Part shown: positions 1 to 12,561 of the stretch, piece after piece
Numbering within the stretch: the stretch's first letter is position 1
How the letters are laid out: each line of letters begins with the position of its first letter
Origin: Lytechinus pictus
Taxonomy: Eukaryota
Assembly (NCBI RefSeq): GCF_037042905.1
Contig: NC_087252.1
Coordinates: 25,980,001-26,044,000, forward strand
Length of the DNA stretch: 64,000 bases
Reading direction: 5' to 3'
The notes under the pieces: generated by a model
The model's database searches: none
The model's input: only the letters and a program-made list of their open reading frames with translations
What the model was told of the DNA's origin: nothing
Made by a program: the position numbers and the translations under genes

Positions 1-762
1 ATTCCACAAGACCATCAGTTATCCTTCTGGGTATGGTACCATTGATGCAATCTTTGTGAAAGAATGTGTCATGACTGTCATCTCTAAGAACATCGTTTAC
101 CAGCTTGGATTTAGACAGTGGTGGCGTACCCAATCGGATGAAAGTCACCAGAGGAAAAGGGTTTCCTGTCACTGTCGTCTCAGGAGCTTCCTCTTGTTTG
201 GTATGGCACTGTACAATAATCGTTCTGAGTGCCCAAAGTGACATCCCAATACTGTCTTCTGTTCCTAGGGGATAAAGAAAAGGAATTGCCAGTTTGCAAA
301 CAAATAACTTCTGAGCGAGTGTTTGTTTTAGGAAGTTGTCACAACATGTAAATATTGCCACCATGGCATCCAAAGTGTTGATATGAGTTGCATTGCCTTC
401 ACAGCCACCAGTATTTTGTATTTCAAGAAGAGGAGCAAGAAAGTCAAACCCATCTCGGTCTTCAGGCCTTTCTTCTTTCGATGATTTGTTCAGCAACATT
501 GAAAGGTGGTCTCTTGCATGAAAATCAGTCATAAGGAGTTTTTGTATAATCATCCAGGGAAGATCAACATGCTTAAGGTGTTCAGTAGTTTTTTTAATGG
601 TCATTGCATCCAAAAGGGATATCTTAGATGGAAAATACATGTCTAAGCCTAGGGTCTTAAGGATATCTAAAAAAATGCCCCTCTCCGTTTCCACTGTATT
701 GGCTGCCTTAAAGGGTTCCTCCTGATCGCTGTCTTCGTCAGCAGTGAAATACACCCTCAGGC
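1..762 (-). CDS. Partial large exon of an interferon-induced very large GTPase (GVIN1/VLIG) / URGCP-like gene, continuing beyond the window start
   Basis: Hand translation gives about 254 stop-free codons: GLRVYFTADEDSDQEE...LGLDMYFPSKISLLDAM...LPWMIIQKLLM...INTLDAMVAIFTCCDNFLKQTLAQKLFVCKLAIPFLYP...SLWALRTI...PLVTFIRLG...SKSKLVNDVL...HDTFFHKDC...RRITDGLVE. The motif series matches the URGCP/GVIN1 conserved region. Acceptor ...cacttgcAG at 764-763 (phase 1); in-frame TGA upstream at 790-788. Confidence 0.85.
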
Positions 763-2486
763 CTGCAAGTGATATTGAGACAATAAATCAACTTTTCAGA
801 TAGAATATATTTTTAAAAGGCATGAATAAAACTTACACATGATAAATTCAAATTCATTATAAAGTATGTACAGCAACAGTTTGAGAGACTTTTTGGGGGG
901 TTAAATAACGTTCATTAATTTCTTTCTATTTTTAATATTGTTATCATTGTTTGCAATGTCTCTATAGTGCTACACGTAGTACAATTTTTTTGAATATCGA
1001 CATTTATCTTTCAGAAAATCTAGTGGCAGGAGCGTTGCTATGCCTTTTCCAGTAGGGGTGTGGAGGTCCTAATTACCGACAAATATCGGTAGCGATTACC
1101 GACGTCCGGCAACCACGAACCTTGGAAGTGTTCTACATTTTCCTTAGTCACATTTTGTTTCATCATACCCAGGATCAGTAACAGTTTTTATCGATAAGGG
1201 GGGGGGGGGTAATTTAATCAAAATTTTCCCGTCGTGTCCGCCGAAATATGATTGTTTTTCTCCTTGTTTTAAGGGGTCAGTCATAACTAAATTTTCATTT
1301 TTAGAAGCACTATAAAGTATTTCATGTGGCCTGAATATAAATTACCACGCGAACGCGAAGCGCCAGCTCAATTTTTTTGATATTTTATTTGCAAATTGAA
1401 CATTGAACATTGAACTTTGTGAGCTGATTTTGTATTCATCATGGGGGCATCTATCTAAACGATCCATGCGAGCGCAAATCGCGAACTGAAATTTTAATAT
1501 ACTGGCCAACAAATAGACCTGTTAAAGACTGTTTGCAGTGATCAATGAAATAAAACATTTCTCCCCAATCCCAAAACGCGAGTGTGAAGCATTAGCTAAA
1601 TATTTTTATATTTTGACCTGAGAACTCGATTGTAACCATGAATAGGTGACCAAGCAATTGATGCAATTGCGAAGCGCGAGCTGAAATTTTTATTTCCGAC
1701 CAGAAAACTGGACATTGTAAGCACTTTTTGCATGATTAATATGCGTACATTGCAATTCATTAAGCGCGAGTTCATACTTTTAATCAACCTTTCTGAATTT
1801 CTTTATCAACTGTTTGCAGTGACTCATGAATAAAATACATTTCTCACTAATCAAATAGACTGAGCGCAAAGCGCGAGCAGAATTTTTTGTCAGGTATTGG
1901 ACCTGAAAACTGGACTGGTTAAACATTGTATAATAAAGAACACAGTAAACAAGCGCGAGGCGCGAGCTGACGTTTACTTCACATTTTGAACTAAAAAATG
2001 GAACATTCGAAGCAATGTATCCATGAAGAATGTCGGCACAGAACTGAGCAGCTGTTGGGAGCGTGAACTGATTTTTTTTTTACAATCTGAAAGGTTGACA
2101 TTTTAAACAATTTTTGCAATCATGAACGTGATGGTTATCTAATCAAACTTAGATTTGAAATCGGACATTCCTTGTAGTTTTTGTAATCATGAAAAGGAAG
2201 GGTATCACTGAATGATGTAGCTGTGTATCTCACTAAACATAATGAGTGCAAAGTGCGAGCTGAAATTTTTTGTAAAGTCTGGACCCGAAATGAAAATTTT
2301 AAGCAGTGTCCAACATGAATATAAAGTATAATTGTGTAGAGAATAATGACCTCACTAAATATGTGATGCGAGCGCGAAGCGCGAGCTGACATTTTTGTTG
2401 AGATTTATACCCGTTTCATACTGCGCTTTTTCCCAGTGAACTTCGCCGGCGAAGGGGTACGTTTCCAGTATGAAAGGTAGTCAGTA

Positions 2487-2906
2487 GCGCATACATTCAT
2501 AATTCCGAAGCTTCGTTATTCCGAAGGTTCGGATATTCCGAAGCTTCGTTATTCCGAAGGTTCGGATATTCCAAAGGTTCGTTATTCCGAAGGTTCGTAT
2601 TTCCGAAGGCTCGGAATTCCGAAGGTTTGTTAGTCCGAAAACGAAGTGAGGTTCGTAATTCCGAAGGTTTGTTAGTCCGAAAACGAAGTGAGGTTCGTAA
2701 TTCCGAAGGTTTTACTATTAATAAATGATTAACTAACCTTGTATTGTTTTCGGATTATCGAACCTTCGGAATAACGCCACAAATGTTCGGATTGGCGAAC
2801 CCTTTTACGTTTTCGGATTAACGAACATCGAGGTATAGGCAATTTGCGTGTTTCGGAATTACAAACCTTCGGAATAAAGAACCTTCGGAATTACGAAGTG
2901 TAACCC
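2487..2906. mobile_element. Fold-back (Tsp/MULE-like) MITE with TTCCGAAGG subterminal repeats
   Basis: Left arm of tandem ATTCCGAAGGTTCG units, right arm of inverted AACCTTCGGAAT units; flanks tcagtag / tcaggag resemble a degenerate TSD. Confidence 0.75.
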
Positions 2907-3168
2907 TCAGGAGAACTTCCCCCGCGAACTTCTCCACATCGAGAGGTGGAGAACTTCGCCGGTGGAACTGTTTCCACGGCGAAGTTCGCCAGTGAAACGG
3001 CCATTATGAAAGCTAACCGGAGAATTTCTCCTCTTTGATGACGTCAGAGGTCAATTTTTTCTCCCCGAAATCCCCTGAAATGAGAATCCACGCGCTAGCT
3101 AGCTATTATTTCCGTGGTTAAATTTGGAAGGCCACGCTTTGTGGGAGATTCGATCATTCCAGAGTTAA

Positions 3169-3680
3169 AGGTCAAGTCCTTCCCAGAAAAATGTAAATTT
3201 TAATAAATAGAGAAAAATCAAACATACAAATGAGAGAGAAGATGATGTCACTCACTATTTCTTTTGTTTTTTTATTGTTTGAATTATACAATATTTCGAT
3301 TTTTACATATTTGACAATAAGGACCAACTTGACTGAACCATACAATGTTAAAACAATGGTAATATCACATGTTCAGGAGGAATAAACTTTGCTTCCTAGG
3401 ACTACAGGTAGAAAATTTGAATATTTTTATATTTCATATATTAAAATACAAAAGAAATAGTGAGAGAGTGATGTCATCAGTCCCCTCTTCATACCATGGA
3501 CCTATGTCCATGATCATACAGACCAGGTTGTGAATATAACCTATAATGAAATTAAAGGAAACTTAAAAATGTCATAGCTTTCTTATTTTACATCCGATTT
3601 AGATGAAATTTTCAGTATTATAATTGTTTGATTTCTCCTTTTTATTCAAGTCAAATTTTTGCAGGGGTGGACTTGTCCCT
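3169..3680. mobile_element. Kolobok-like MITE; related copy near 10984-11313
   Basis: TTAA|AGGTCAAGTCC ... GGACTTGTCCCT|cgaa (right TSD decayed); internal inverted TGATGTCA-containing repeats. Confidence 0.65.
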
Positions 3681-3919
3681 CGAACACGCAATATTTTTTC
3701 CACTAACTTTTGTAATGGGTAAGAAGCATTGTTTACAATTTTCTTTTCGCTCGCCGTTCGTTCTAATGCATCACGTGCCGAGTGAGCTGATCAGCTGAGA
3801 AGTGTTTACCAGCTGTCATCTCCAAAACTTCACTGATAAAATTAATTAGGTATCTGCAATATAAAAAAGAGTACGATTAGAATTCAAATAATAAAAACGC
3901 GCGCTTTTATTGACACCTG

Positions 3920-4214
3920 GGCCCCGTAACACAAAGCTCATACCATGATCACATTTGTTCTACGGCGGCCGTACGGCGAGTCGAAAACAGCCGTTTTATT
4001 CATTTTTACTAAAACCACCTATATGTAGCTGATACAAATAAATGTTAAAACGGCTGTTTTCGACTAGCCATACGGCCGCCATAGAAAAAAATGTGACCAA
4101 GGTATTAGCAATGATCGTAGAACATTTTCTACGATTGATTCCTTTGACTACAATGTACAATCAATCGTAAAATTCGAGCGTACGATCAATCGCTAACCTT
4201 TGTGTTACGGGACC
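3920..4214. mobile_element. Harbinger-like MITE containing a second MITE at 3941-4104
   Basis: TIRs GGCCCCGTAACACAAAG / CTTTGTGTTACGGGACC, flanked by CTG and CAG. Inner TIRs TACCATGATCACATTT / AAATGTGACCAAGGTA, flanked by TCA and TTA. Confidence 0.8.
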
Positions 4215-6378
4215 CAGGTCTGCACTTAATTACTTACGCCCGAGAAAATCACCTGTCGACTTTCGCTGGGGAAGAGATGTCAGTTCGAAAGGGTACATTT
4301 TTTTTTCGTCTGGGAAGTGAGAAATGCGTGCAGGAGAAGTTATAAATAAATAAATAGGCCAGTTTTAAGACTTTAAACCGGGACATTCGTATCACTGTCG
4401 GTACAGGAATGCGAGCTGAGAACTTTTGATGTTTTTACTTGAAAACTTAACATTTTCACAAGTTTTTGTTACTAAGAACAAACTCAAATATGCATATTCA
4501 GTTTAACAATCTGTGTATCTTTAATGCGAGCGCGAAACGCAAGCGGAATTTTTTTTTTTGGTATTCAGAGGGAAATTTAGGCAATATTTTCACTAAATAT
4601 ATGATGCGAGCGCGAGCTGATTTTTTTTAGATTTATATTTTAATCCGGGACGTTCTAATGACTGTCGGTACATAAGCGCGAGCTGAGAACTTTAATGTTT
4701 TAACTTGAAAACTTAACATTTTCACAAGTTCTTTTTATATCAAGAACAAACTCAGATATGCATACTCAATTTAACAATCTGTGTATCTTAATGCGAGCGC
4801 GAAGCGGATTTTTTTTTTTTATTCTGAGGGAAATTTCAACAGCATTTTCAGCACATTTTGTACTATATAAATGATAACGAGTGCAAAGCGCGAGTTTATT
4901 TTTTTAGATTTAGACGTTAAAACAATGAAATAATGCGAGCGCGAAGCGAGAGCAGAAAATTTTTGACATTCCGACCCCCCCCCAAAAAAAAAAAAAGAGT
5001 AAATGCTAAGTAATTTGGGTAATCACGAATGGGTAGGTATAAAACAAAACAATTTATGCGAGCGGGGCAAAATGAGATATCAGACCTCAACACGGAACAC
5101 TTTTATTCATATTTTGTGAATCATGAAAAGGATTAGTAATTGGATATCTTCCCACATTAATAATGCGAGTGCGGATCCCGAGCAGAATTTTTTTTATATT
5201 GTCATCTGAAACTAGATAATCTAAGCACGTTTAAAATAAAGATCAAGCTTTGTTTCTCATTAAAACATGCGTGCACGTGTTTTACATTGAGACCTAGAAT
5301 CAGGGCATTCTGAATATATTTTTTTAAATCTTGAAAATAAATAATGCAAGCGCGGAGCGCGAGCTGAAAATATTTGATATTCCGATCTGAAGAGGGTAAA
5401 TTTAAGCCCCATTTCACTCACTGTGTAGTAAAATTGTGAAGTGGATGTGGAATGCAGTCAATAAATGATGTGAGAGCGAAGCACGAGCTGATATTTTTTT
5501 CATTATCATTTTGACCCAGGATCAGATATTGTAAGGACATTGTGTCATCACATGAAAATGATGACTATTTTCCTATTCATATTCCTAAGAACGAGATGAA
5601 ACTTTAATTCTGAAAAGGGGGACAATTCAATTATTAAGAATAATTCATGAAACTGTTATTATCTTATTTATTAGCCTAATGAGTGCGCGGAACTTGTTGA
5701 TAAGGCCTAAAAACTCGTCATTTCAAGCACTTTTATTATTATGAAAAGGAGGCATGTAACAATTAATGCAAGTGCAAATCGCGAGACGAAATTTTTGATA
5801 AACTGTAATGAAAAGGGTATTTAAAGTAGTGTGTCATATAATTAATATAGAGGTACACATAACTTATCAATCAAAAATGCGAGCGCACTGCGCTAGCTGA
5901 TAAGTTTTAATAATCAGACCTGAAAGAAATATATTTTCAAAACTTGGAATGGAATACGCGACTACAATGAGGAACTTGGCAAATCGAATAATGCAAGGGT
6001 GCAGTGCGAGGGGAAAATGTTGATATTCAGACAAATGAAACGGAAATTTAACAGAGCACTTTTAAAAAAGTGAAGTCTCGATGTCCCAGCTGAAAAATAT
6101 TTTGTATACTGACTTCAAAACTTGATATTTCAAGCTCCTTATCAGCCTATTGAGCAAGATATTTATCTCATCGAAGCGCGAACAAAAATGTCATAAAGTG
6201 ACATGAAAGATTTTTTTCTATTATTCAATTCAATTCAATTCAAAGTCTTCTTTATTCGCATAAAAATGCACATATACATAAGAAACGTGTTTTCCAATTT
6301 ACAGAACAAACATATTCAATATATAAAAAATACACTTAAAAACATCCATTCAAAAATAAAAAACAATAGGACCAAGAA

Positions 6379-7152
6379 TTAATATGCCTGTAGGCACAGA
6401 AAGGCAATCAGTTCCTTCAATTCACTTTCCGTTAAATGTGATACATCCTTTGCATCCCTCATTGTAATGAGTTCCCTAATTTGCTCAACCTTGCGATCCA
6501 CATTAGCTAAGTTGCATTTAACCTTATTCCACTGCCTATTTACCTGTCTAGGGTCCATCATGTATTTACTATTCAAGTATTTGATATTCCCTCCAAGCAC
6601 AGAGAATGAACCAAACTGACTCATTTTTGTTATATATGACACAATAAAGTTATCAGCCTTGAGAGATGACAAGATAAAATTTAAGCATCTTCTATGAAAC
6701 CACAATTTTATGCACATCGTTTTGGCCAAAAAGGGTAAAAACACATTGTGTGTTTGCCAAGGAAATTTCCACACTCTGCGAGCAGCTATTCTCCAGTGTC
6801 TAAATAAAGCATCCAAAGATGAGTCAAATAGTGCATATAACTGTGTTCCATAAAAGCTACAACAAAATGTTTAAAACAGAAAAAATATTACGCAAATAAC
6901 ACTTGGCATGTTTGAAATTGCTTAAAACTATATTGCACTGACGATTAAAGTCGCCTATAGGTTTGGAAACATCATCACTAAAAATATCCTGACTGATGAT
7001 GTGACCAAGATGACAAATTTTATCCACAACCTGAACTGGATTACCACTGACTTTAATCTTTGGGTCCATTACCTTTTTTCTATCACATGTAAATATGATA
7101 AGCTGGCTCTTTTCACTATTGAATTTTATATCATATTCCGAAGCAAAATCTT
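6379..7152 (-). pseudogene. LINE A ORF2 C-terminal part (frameshifted)
   Basis: FASEYDIKFNSEKSQLI...KICHLGH continues the RT broken at 16458; WRIAARRVWKFPWQTH motif follows. Confidence 0.85.
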
Positions 7153-7524
7153 TTTTTTTTTTTTTTTTTTTTTGGTGAGCTGAGTGAGCGTCAAGATAGC
7201 TCCTCAGGATGCTCCCAACTTTTTTTTTTTTACCGTTTCAATTGTGTTTCTTGCTTTACCTTTGTAATCATGTGGAAGTGTTTACTTCTGGAACACATTG
7301 GGAACCAGTATAACGTGGATTTCTTTGGATTTATCTCAAAAGATGGAGATTTTTATTTTGGATTATTGATCCTTCAACTAATGGAACCCATTTTGGAACC
7401 TACAGTTTGTGCTCTGTATTTCATTTTCCCTGTCATGATTGGATTTCTGTATTGGATTCTTATTCACCTGTTAAAACCAGCATAGCGTCATTGTCATATC
7501 GGATATTATATACAGTCTTCAACC

Positions 7525-7868
7525 ATGGGAACCACCTTGAGAATTTCTTTTGTCTTGGTTATACTTTTTTTGCTGGGTTCAACTGAGGTATTCAAGTCTC
7601 AGTCACCAACATGCAAATTAAATTACAAACTATTCAATCAGCATAGTAAATATGGATCTAGAAGAATTTCGTACTACCCAAACTCGGAAACTACATTCCA
7701 GCTACTACTAAAAGCAGGAGATATACACCCGAATCCAGGACCACATCACTCTACTGGCAACCAGCACCATGGCAACGGTATTTCAGACATTGCGGAACAA
7801 CCTGTCACTACAGGGTACCCATCAACAGGTCGCATTCATTACACCTCAATTGATCTTCATAAACTTAA
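7525..7868 (+). pseudogene. LINE B ORF N-terminus: hydrophobic signal-like peptide plus 2A-like motif (LLLKAGDIHPNPG/P)
   Basis: MGTTLRISFVLVILFLLGSTEV...SYYPNSETTFQLLLKAGDIHPNPGP. Joins 8737 in frame once the TTAA insertion is removed. Confidence 0.85.
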
Positions 7869-8732
7869 AGATCCAGACCGGACCCGAAAATGAAATTGAT
7901 AAATTATATACCAATCGAAAGCTTATAAGCTACTAAATACAGCAAGGTATGCTTTATGCATTTTCACCGCTTCCCAGCTGAGTATTTTGCTTAAGAATAT
8001 TCCAATTATCGGGCTTCGAACCCCGCTTAGAAAATAGGCTTTATTGTGCTTTTCACCTGCCTCGAGACCGTGACGTCACGTTGTGTAAGAAGCGTCGTGA
8101 TTCCATAGGTTTGTACACAGAAAAACTGGGTGATTTTTTTGCTTTCCAGATAACGCATTTCATTCTCTTCACTTCTATCACAAAGGGATATCACATATAT
8201 TTTTACCCACAAGCTTGAATTTATGAAATCTACTGTTTTGAACTAGTTTTTGCCATATTTTATTTCCTGCTTATTTGGCGCAGATTTCAATTCTATCTGC
8301 ATTTAGATTCTGTATAACAACTTTTCCTGACATAGCAATTTAGGCCCAATAAGAGCCAAACAAAGAAATCACAAAAAAGGTAGTAAATAGTTGTAGGTTT
8401 ACAACAATTTGAACAGTGAATAATTTTGAGTGCCATTTTCATCTGAAAACGAAAAAAAAAATGGATTCATAACATGGAAATGGAAGAAAATACCCAATGC
8501 TTTTGTACACAAACCTATGGAATCACAACCCTCCTGACACAACGTGACGTCATCATTTCCAGGCGACGTGGGGTGCTCAATCGAAGCGTACTTTGGAGAA
8601 GCAGTTTCTTTGATTTTTATTTAATATTTTTAACTATTATAAGGAGATATATGTAATATTTTTGTATATTTGTATTGTATGAATCATTACCTTTATTTTG
8701 ATATATGATTGTTTTTACACCGGTCAGGGTCT
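7869..8732. mobile_element. Kolobok-like non-autonomous element
   Basis: TTAA TSD at 7865-7868 and 8733-8736; TIRs AGATCCAGACCGG / CCGGTCAGGGTCT; internal inverted repeat about 8070-8130 vs 8493-8552. Confidence 0.85.
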
Positions 8733-8736
8733 TTAA

Positions 8737-10029
8737 CCCACCCCAACACGTTTTGAGATATCAACGACTACCTATTGAAACCTGGAAGACAATTATGAAT
8801 TTGGGAATAGCAAAAGAGAAAAGAACACGCCGGGGAAACAGGACTAAACAAGATACATTTGAATTAATTGAAGAGAAAAGTTCATACAGTGAACATGAGT
8901 TTGATTATTTTTCTAGTAAACAAAGAGGACTTAATATAGCGCACCTAAATATTTGTAGTTTACTTCCGAAGATTGAATCTCTAAGAGATTATCTTAAGCA
9001 TGGAGCTATTGATCTTTTCACATTATCTGAAACTCACTTAGATGAAACGGTACTTGATTTTGAAGTTAGTATTGATGGTTATAAATTTGAAAGAAATGAT
9101 CGAAACAGACGAGGAGGAGGAGGAGTATGTGTCTATATCTCAGATAACATCGTGTATAATCGTAAAAACGATTTAGAAGATAATCAATTGGAATCCCTTT
9201 GGATTGAAGTTAAGTTAAACAACTCTAAACCATTAATGGTAGGAACATTTTACCGACCACCCAGTTCAAATGTCCATTATCAAAATAAAATTGAAGAATC
9301 GATAATAAAAGTTTGTGAATTGAATCGTGAAGTAATCGTACTGGGAGATTTTAATTTTAATATGAATTCAACGAGTGAATCAAGGTTCATAAATAGAATT
9401 TGTAGACAAAATTGTATGAATCAAATGATAAAATCTTGTACTAGGATTACTGAAACTACAAGCACGTTGATTGATATCATTTTAACGAATTTCCCTCAAA
9501 ATGTAAAACAAAGTGACGTTGTTTCTCTTGGTCTGAGTGACCACAATCTTGTATACATTGTACGTAAATTGTATAAACCCACTGTTCAACCCAAGATGGT
9601 TACATATAGGTCGTATAAGAATTTTGATGAGCAGGTATTCCTGCAAGATTTAAGTGAGACTGATTGGTCGAGCTGTCTCATCGAAGATGATATTTCGGAG
9701 GCGTGGTCTATTTGGAGATCGAAATTCAGTGAAGTTTGTGATAAACACGCTCCACTCGGAACACACAGAGTCCGGGGCTATAAACCAAAGTGGGTGACAA
9801 GAGAGTATGTCGCCCTCACTCAATTACGAGATAGACTAAAACGCAAAGCTGACAAAAGTAGACAGTTACAAGATTGGAAATATTATAGAGGGGTACGAAA
9901 TCACATCAATAACTTTAGAACTATGCTAAAAAAGAAATATTATGTAACTGGTGTAAAAGAAAACAAGATAAACCCTCGGAAACTTTGGAAACTTCTGAAA
10001 TCAGTTAATACAAATGAAAAAACTGTTAA
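8737..10029 (+). pseudogene. LINE B apurinic-like endonuclease region
   Basis: HLNICSL, LSETHL, DRNRRGGGGV, YRPP, GDFN, TLIDII and SDH motifs. Confidence 0.95.
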
Positions 10030-10724
10030 AGTATACATCCAAAGAATCAAAAGTATTTTATAATGACTTTATGTGGTCATCATTGTAAAGGGGAAGTATT
10101 ACTAATCAGATATATAACTTCACTTTTCAAAATAGTGATCAGAGATTGCAGAAATCAGCTCTCAAAAATGATTTATTTTCATGCCATATTTCTGCCTTCC
10201 ACCGGTCCTCTTGCGAGCTCCAGCTGAGTGACGTCACACAATGAGCAGTGAGCAGCTGAGCTGACAGCAGCCCATTGGAGACGATCTTTCCAATCAGCGT
10301 TTTTTGCTCTTAGAATTGTTTATTCCTCTTAAGATTGGTCTTGTTATATAGATAAAAGTTTGAATTTACTGAACAGTGAAAAAAAGTGCACATTTAACGT
10401 ATTTTGGTGACCGATATTTAGCTTAGAATTTTTTTTTTTTTTTTCAAGAAATATAGGTGAATAAACAAAGCATATTTTCACGTAGAAATCACACTTGCGT
10501 CACATTAATGTTATAGTCAATATAAAGCATAGACATTCTTCTTTATGACTGAACAAAAATTATGAAATTTCATTAAGTAGCAAAGTCAGGAATCACAAAA
10601 AAAACACGGCAATATCCATCGCGAAATGACTGAAATTGCAGTTGAATTGCCGAAGCATTATTAGGAAACAGCGGCGAGCGGACTTTCTTTCATATATCTT
10701 AAAAATGCCTTCCTGTTAGGGCGA

Positions 10725-10800
10725 TGGTCTGTGGCCAAATGCGTTGGCCATTGTTTTGTCATGTGCGAGGACCCTGGTTCGAAACTCGGATTTTTTTTTT
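10725..10800 (+). ncRNA. Degenerate tRNA-like Pol III unit (SINE head or pseudo-tRNA, GTC at the anticodon position)
   Basis: A-box-like TGGCCAAATGC, B-box GGTTCGAAAC at tRNA spacing, then T10; stems poorly paired. Confidence 0.45.
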
Positions 10801-12281
10801 CTGGGTATTTTTTTTTTATTCCTTCCCCGTCCCTACCCATCTTTTTTTTCTCTTTTTATTTTCTTGTGAAATTCTATTCAGACCTGTATTTATCAAATCT
10901 TGCTTCTTAATTGCTGCTTTTGATTTTCCAGTTCTTGATTAGATTATTTCTACTCTTATTTGGGATGGGAGGGGTAGAGTTAAAAGTCAAGTCCACATCA
11001 ACTAAAAATTATTTGAATAGAGTGATTTCCCTTGTTGTTTTTACTCAAAACAGTCATATACACAAAACAATGACATGCAAATTAGAGTTGTCACTCACAT
11101 CACATTCGTTTCTATTTTTTGTGGCATTTTGTTGTTTATTCTTTGCAGATTTGACGATAGGAAACTCTTCATCTGATCACAATAGGTTATATTTACGGAA
11201 CTGTTAAAATAGTAATTATATAAATTTGAATCAAAGTTTTTATGAAATTTCCTGCAATATCTTGTTATTTTTCTTTAAATTCAAATGAATTTTTGATTGC
11301 GTGGACTTCTCCTTTACTCTTAATGTAGGGAATGCATAGCAAAATTTATCCAGAAACAAAATTGTCTTAGAATATGCAAATCAGTAATTGGACACATGTT
11401 CACTTTTCTTTCATCCAGGCCACTTCCTCACATCCACCAGGCTTTCAGTCTGATGATGAACCATCACACAACATTCACAGTGCTTCACAATAAATATTTC
11501 ACTTCTGTTCATACATGCAATAAATATTGTGGAAAACAAATAAAAGGCGTACCCATATTCAAATACCGTTTAAAAGGACAAATATATTATACCTTTCGAG
11601 AAAAATCAGCACGTTAAATATCTGATAACAAAACATAATTATGGGGCACTGCAAGAAACTTATGTTCAATTGCAAATCAAGCGTAAGTCTTAAATTCAAA
11701 TTTAAGCGTAATAAGGTCGAGTTGCAATCGCAATTCAACTACATGTTTAATCAAAGGACTTTCCCTTGATTTGGGACGTGTGATTGAGTATAACATTTCT
11801 CGCAAAATGCCCTAGTAACATTAAAATTGTTCTTTCGTTTTAAATTGTGTGTTATTATTTTTGACAAGCTGTATTCCTGTCCGAGTAAAATTTCTTAGTT
11901 CTCTCCAAAACTGTGCTCAAAATTGTTTCCAAGATTGATAAAGAAATTTTTTCTTTTGTATCATTATCATTCCACAACTTGCAAACCGTAGGTCCTGGAA
12001 AGAGTGAAGAAAAAAATGGCTATATCCAAATCATAGTAAAAGGACATGATGGAATCTCCCAGATTGAGGTAGCAAGCAGAGACCAGAAGTCACCAGAGTT
12101 AGCAATTGTGCAGATCTGTGTGTAGAAGAGAGAAAAAAAGAAATAGTTTAAATAATCAAATCAAAGTATGAATTTAATTATCGTGATGATTGATGACGTG
12201 CGGTGGCATGTAATTCCCGGTCAACAACAAATGATAGTAGGTTTAGACACCTGAAAAGTTCCACTCAGAACACTGGTGCTC

Positions 12282-12438
12282 TACCTCAAGTGATGTTTGT
12301 GTAGGCCCCACTCCACTTCACTACCGCTACACTACCGTACATGTACGCCACACCTACCCGGGTAAGTGTGTAGCGTAGTGTAGGCTGTAGCAGTACTCCA
12401 GTAGTGAAGTGGAGACTACACAAACATCACTTGAGGTA
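12282..12438. mobile_element. 157-bp palindromic hAT-like MITE
   Basis: Perfect 23-bp TIR TACCTCAAGTGATGTTTGTGTAG; 8-bp TSD TGGTGCTC / CGGTGCTC (one mismatch). Confidence 0.85.
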
Positions 12439-12561
12439 CGGTGCTCTCTGAGTCTCTGTGTCATTACAAAGATTGCATTTATCTTCATTGTTGAAGGCAT
12501 TACGCATACATATATGCAGCAACACTCTAATCAGAAAGAAACACCAGACTCTAATTTTGGC

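Larger units (their letters stand above)
2408..4295. mobile_element. PIF/Harbinger-like MITE hosting four nested MITEs
   Basis: Starts TACCCGTTTCATACTG after TTA; similar inverted end CAGTTCGAAAGGGTA at 4281-4295. Right boundary approximate. Confidence 0.5.

Noticed and set aside
56..241. 61-aa plus-strand ORF
   Set aside because: Antisense shadow of the GVIN-like exon.
8027..8656. Two similar ORFs on opposite strands (QTYGITTLLTQRDV)
   Set aside because: A by-product of the MITE's internal inverted repeat.
10725..10800. Functional tRNA-Asp gene
   Set aside because: Acceptor and anticodon stems do not pair; kept only as tRNA-like.
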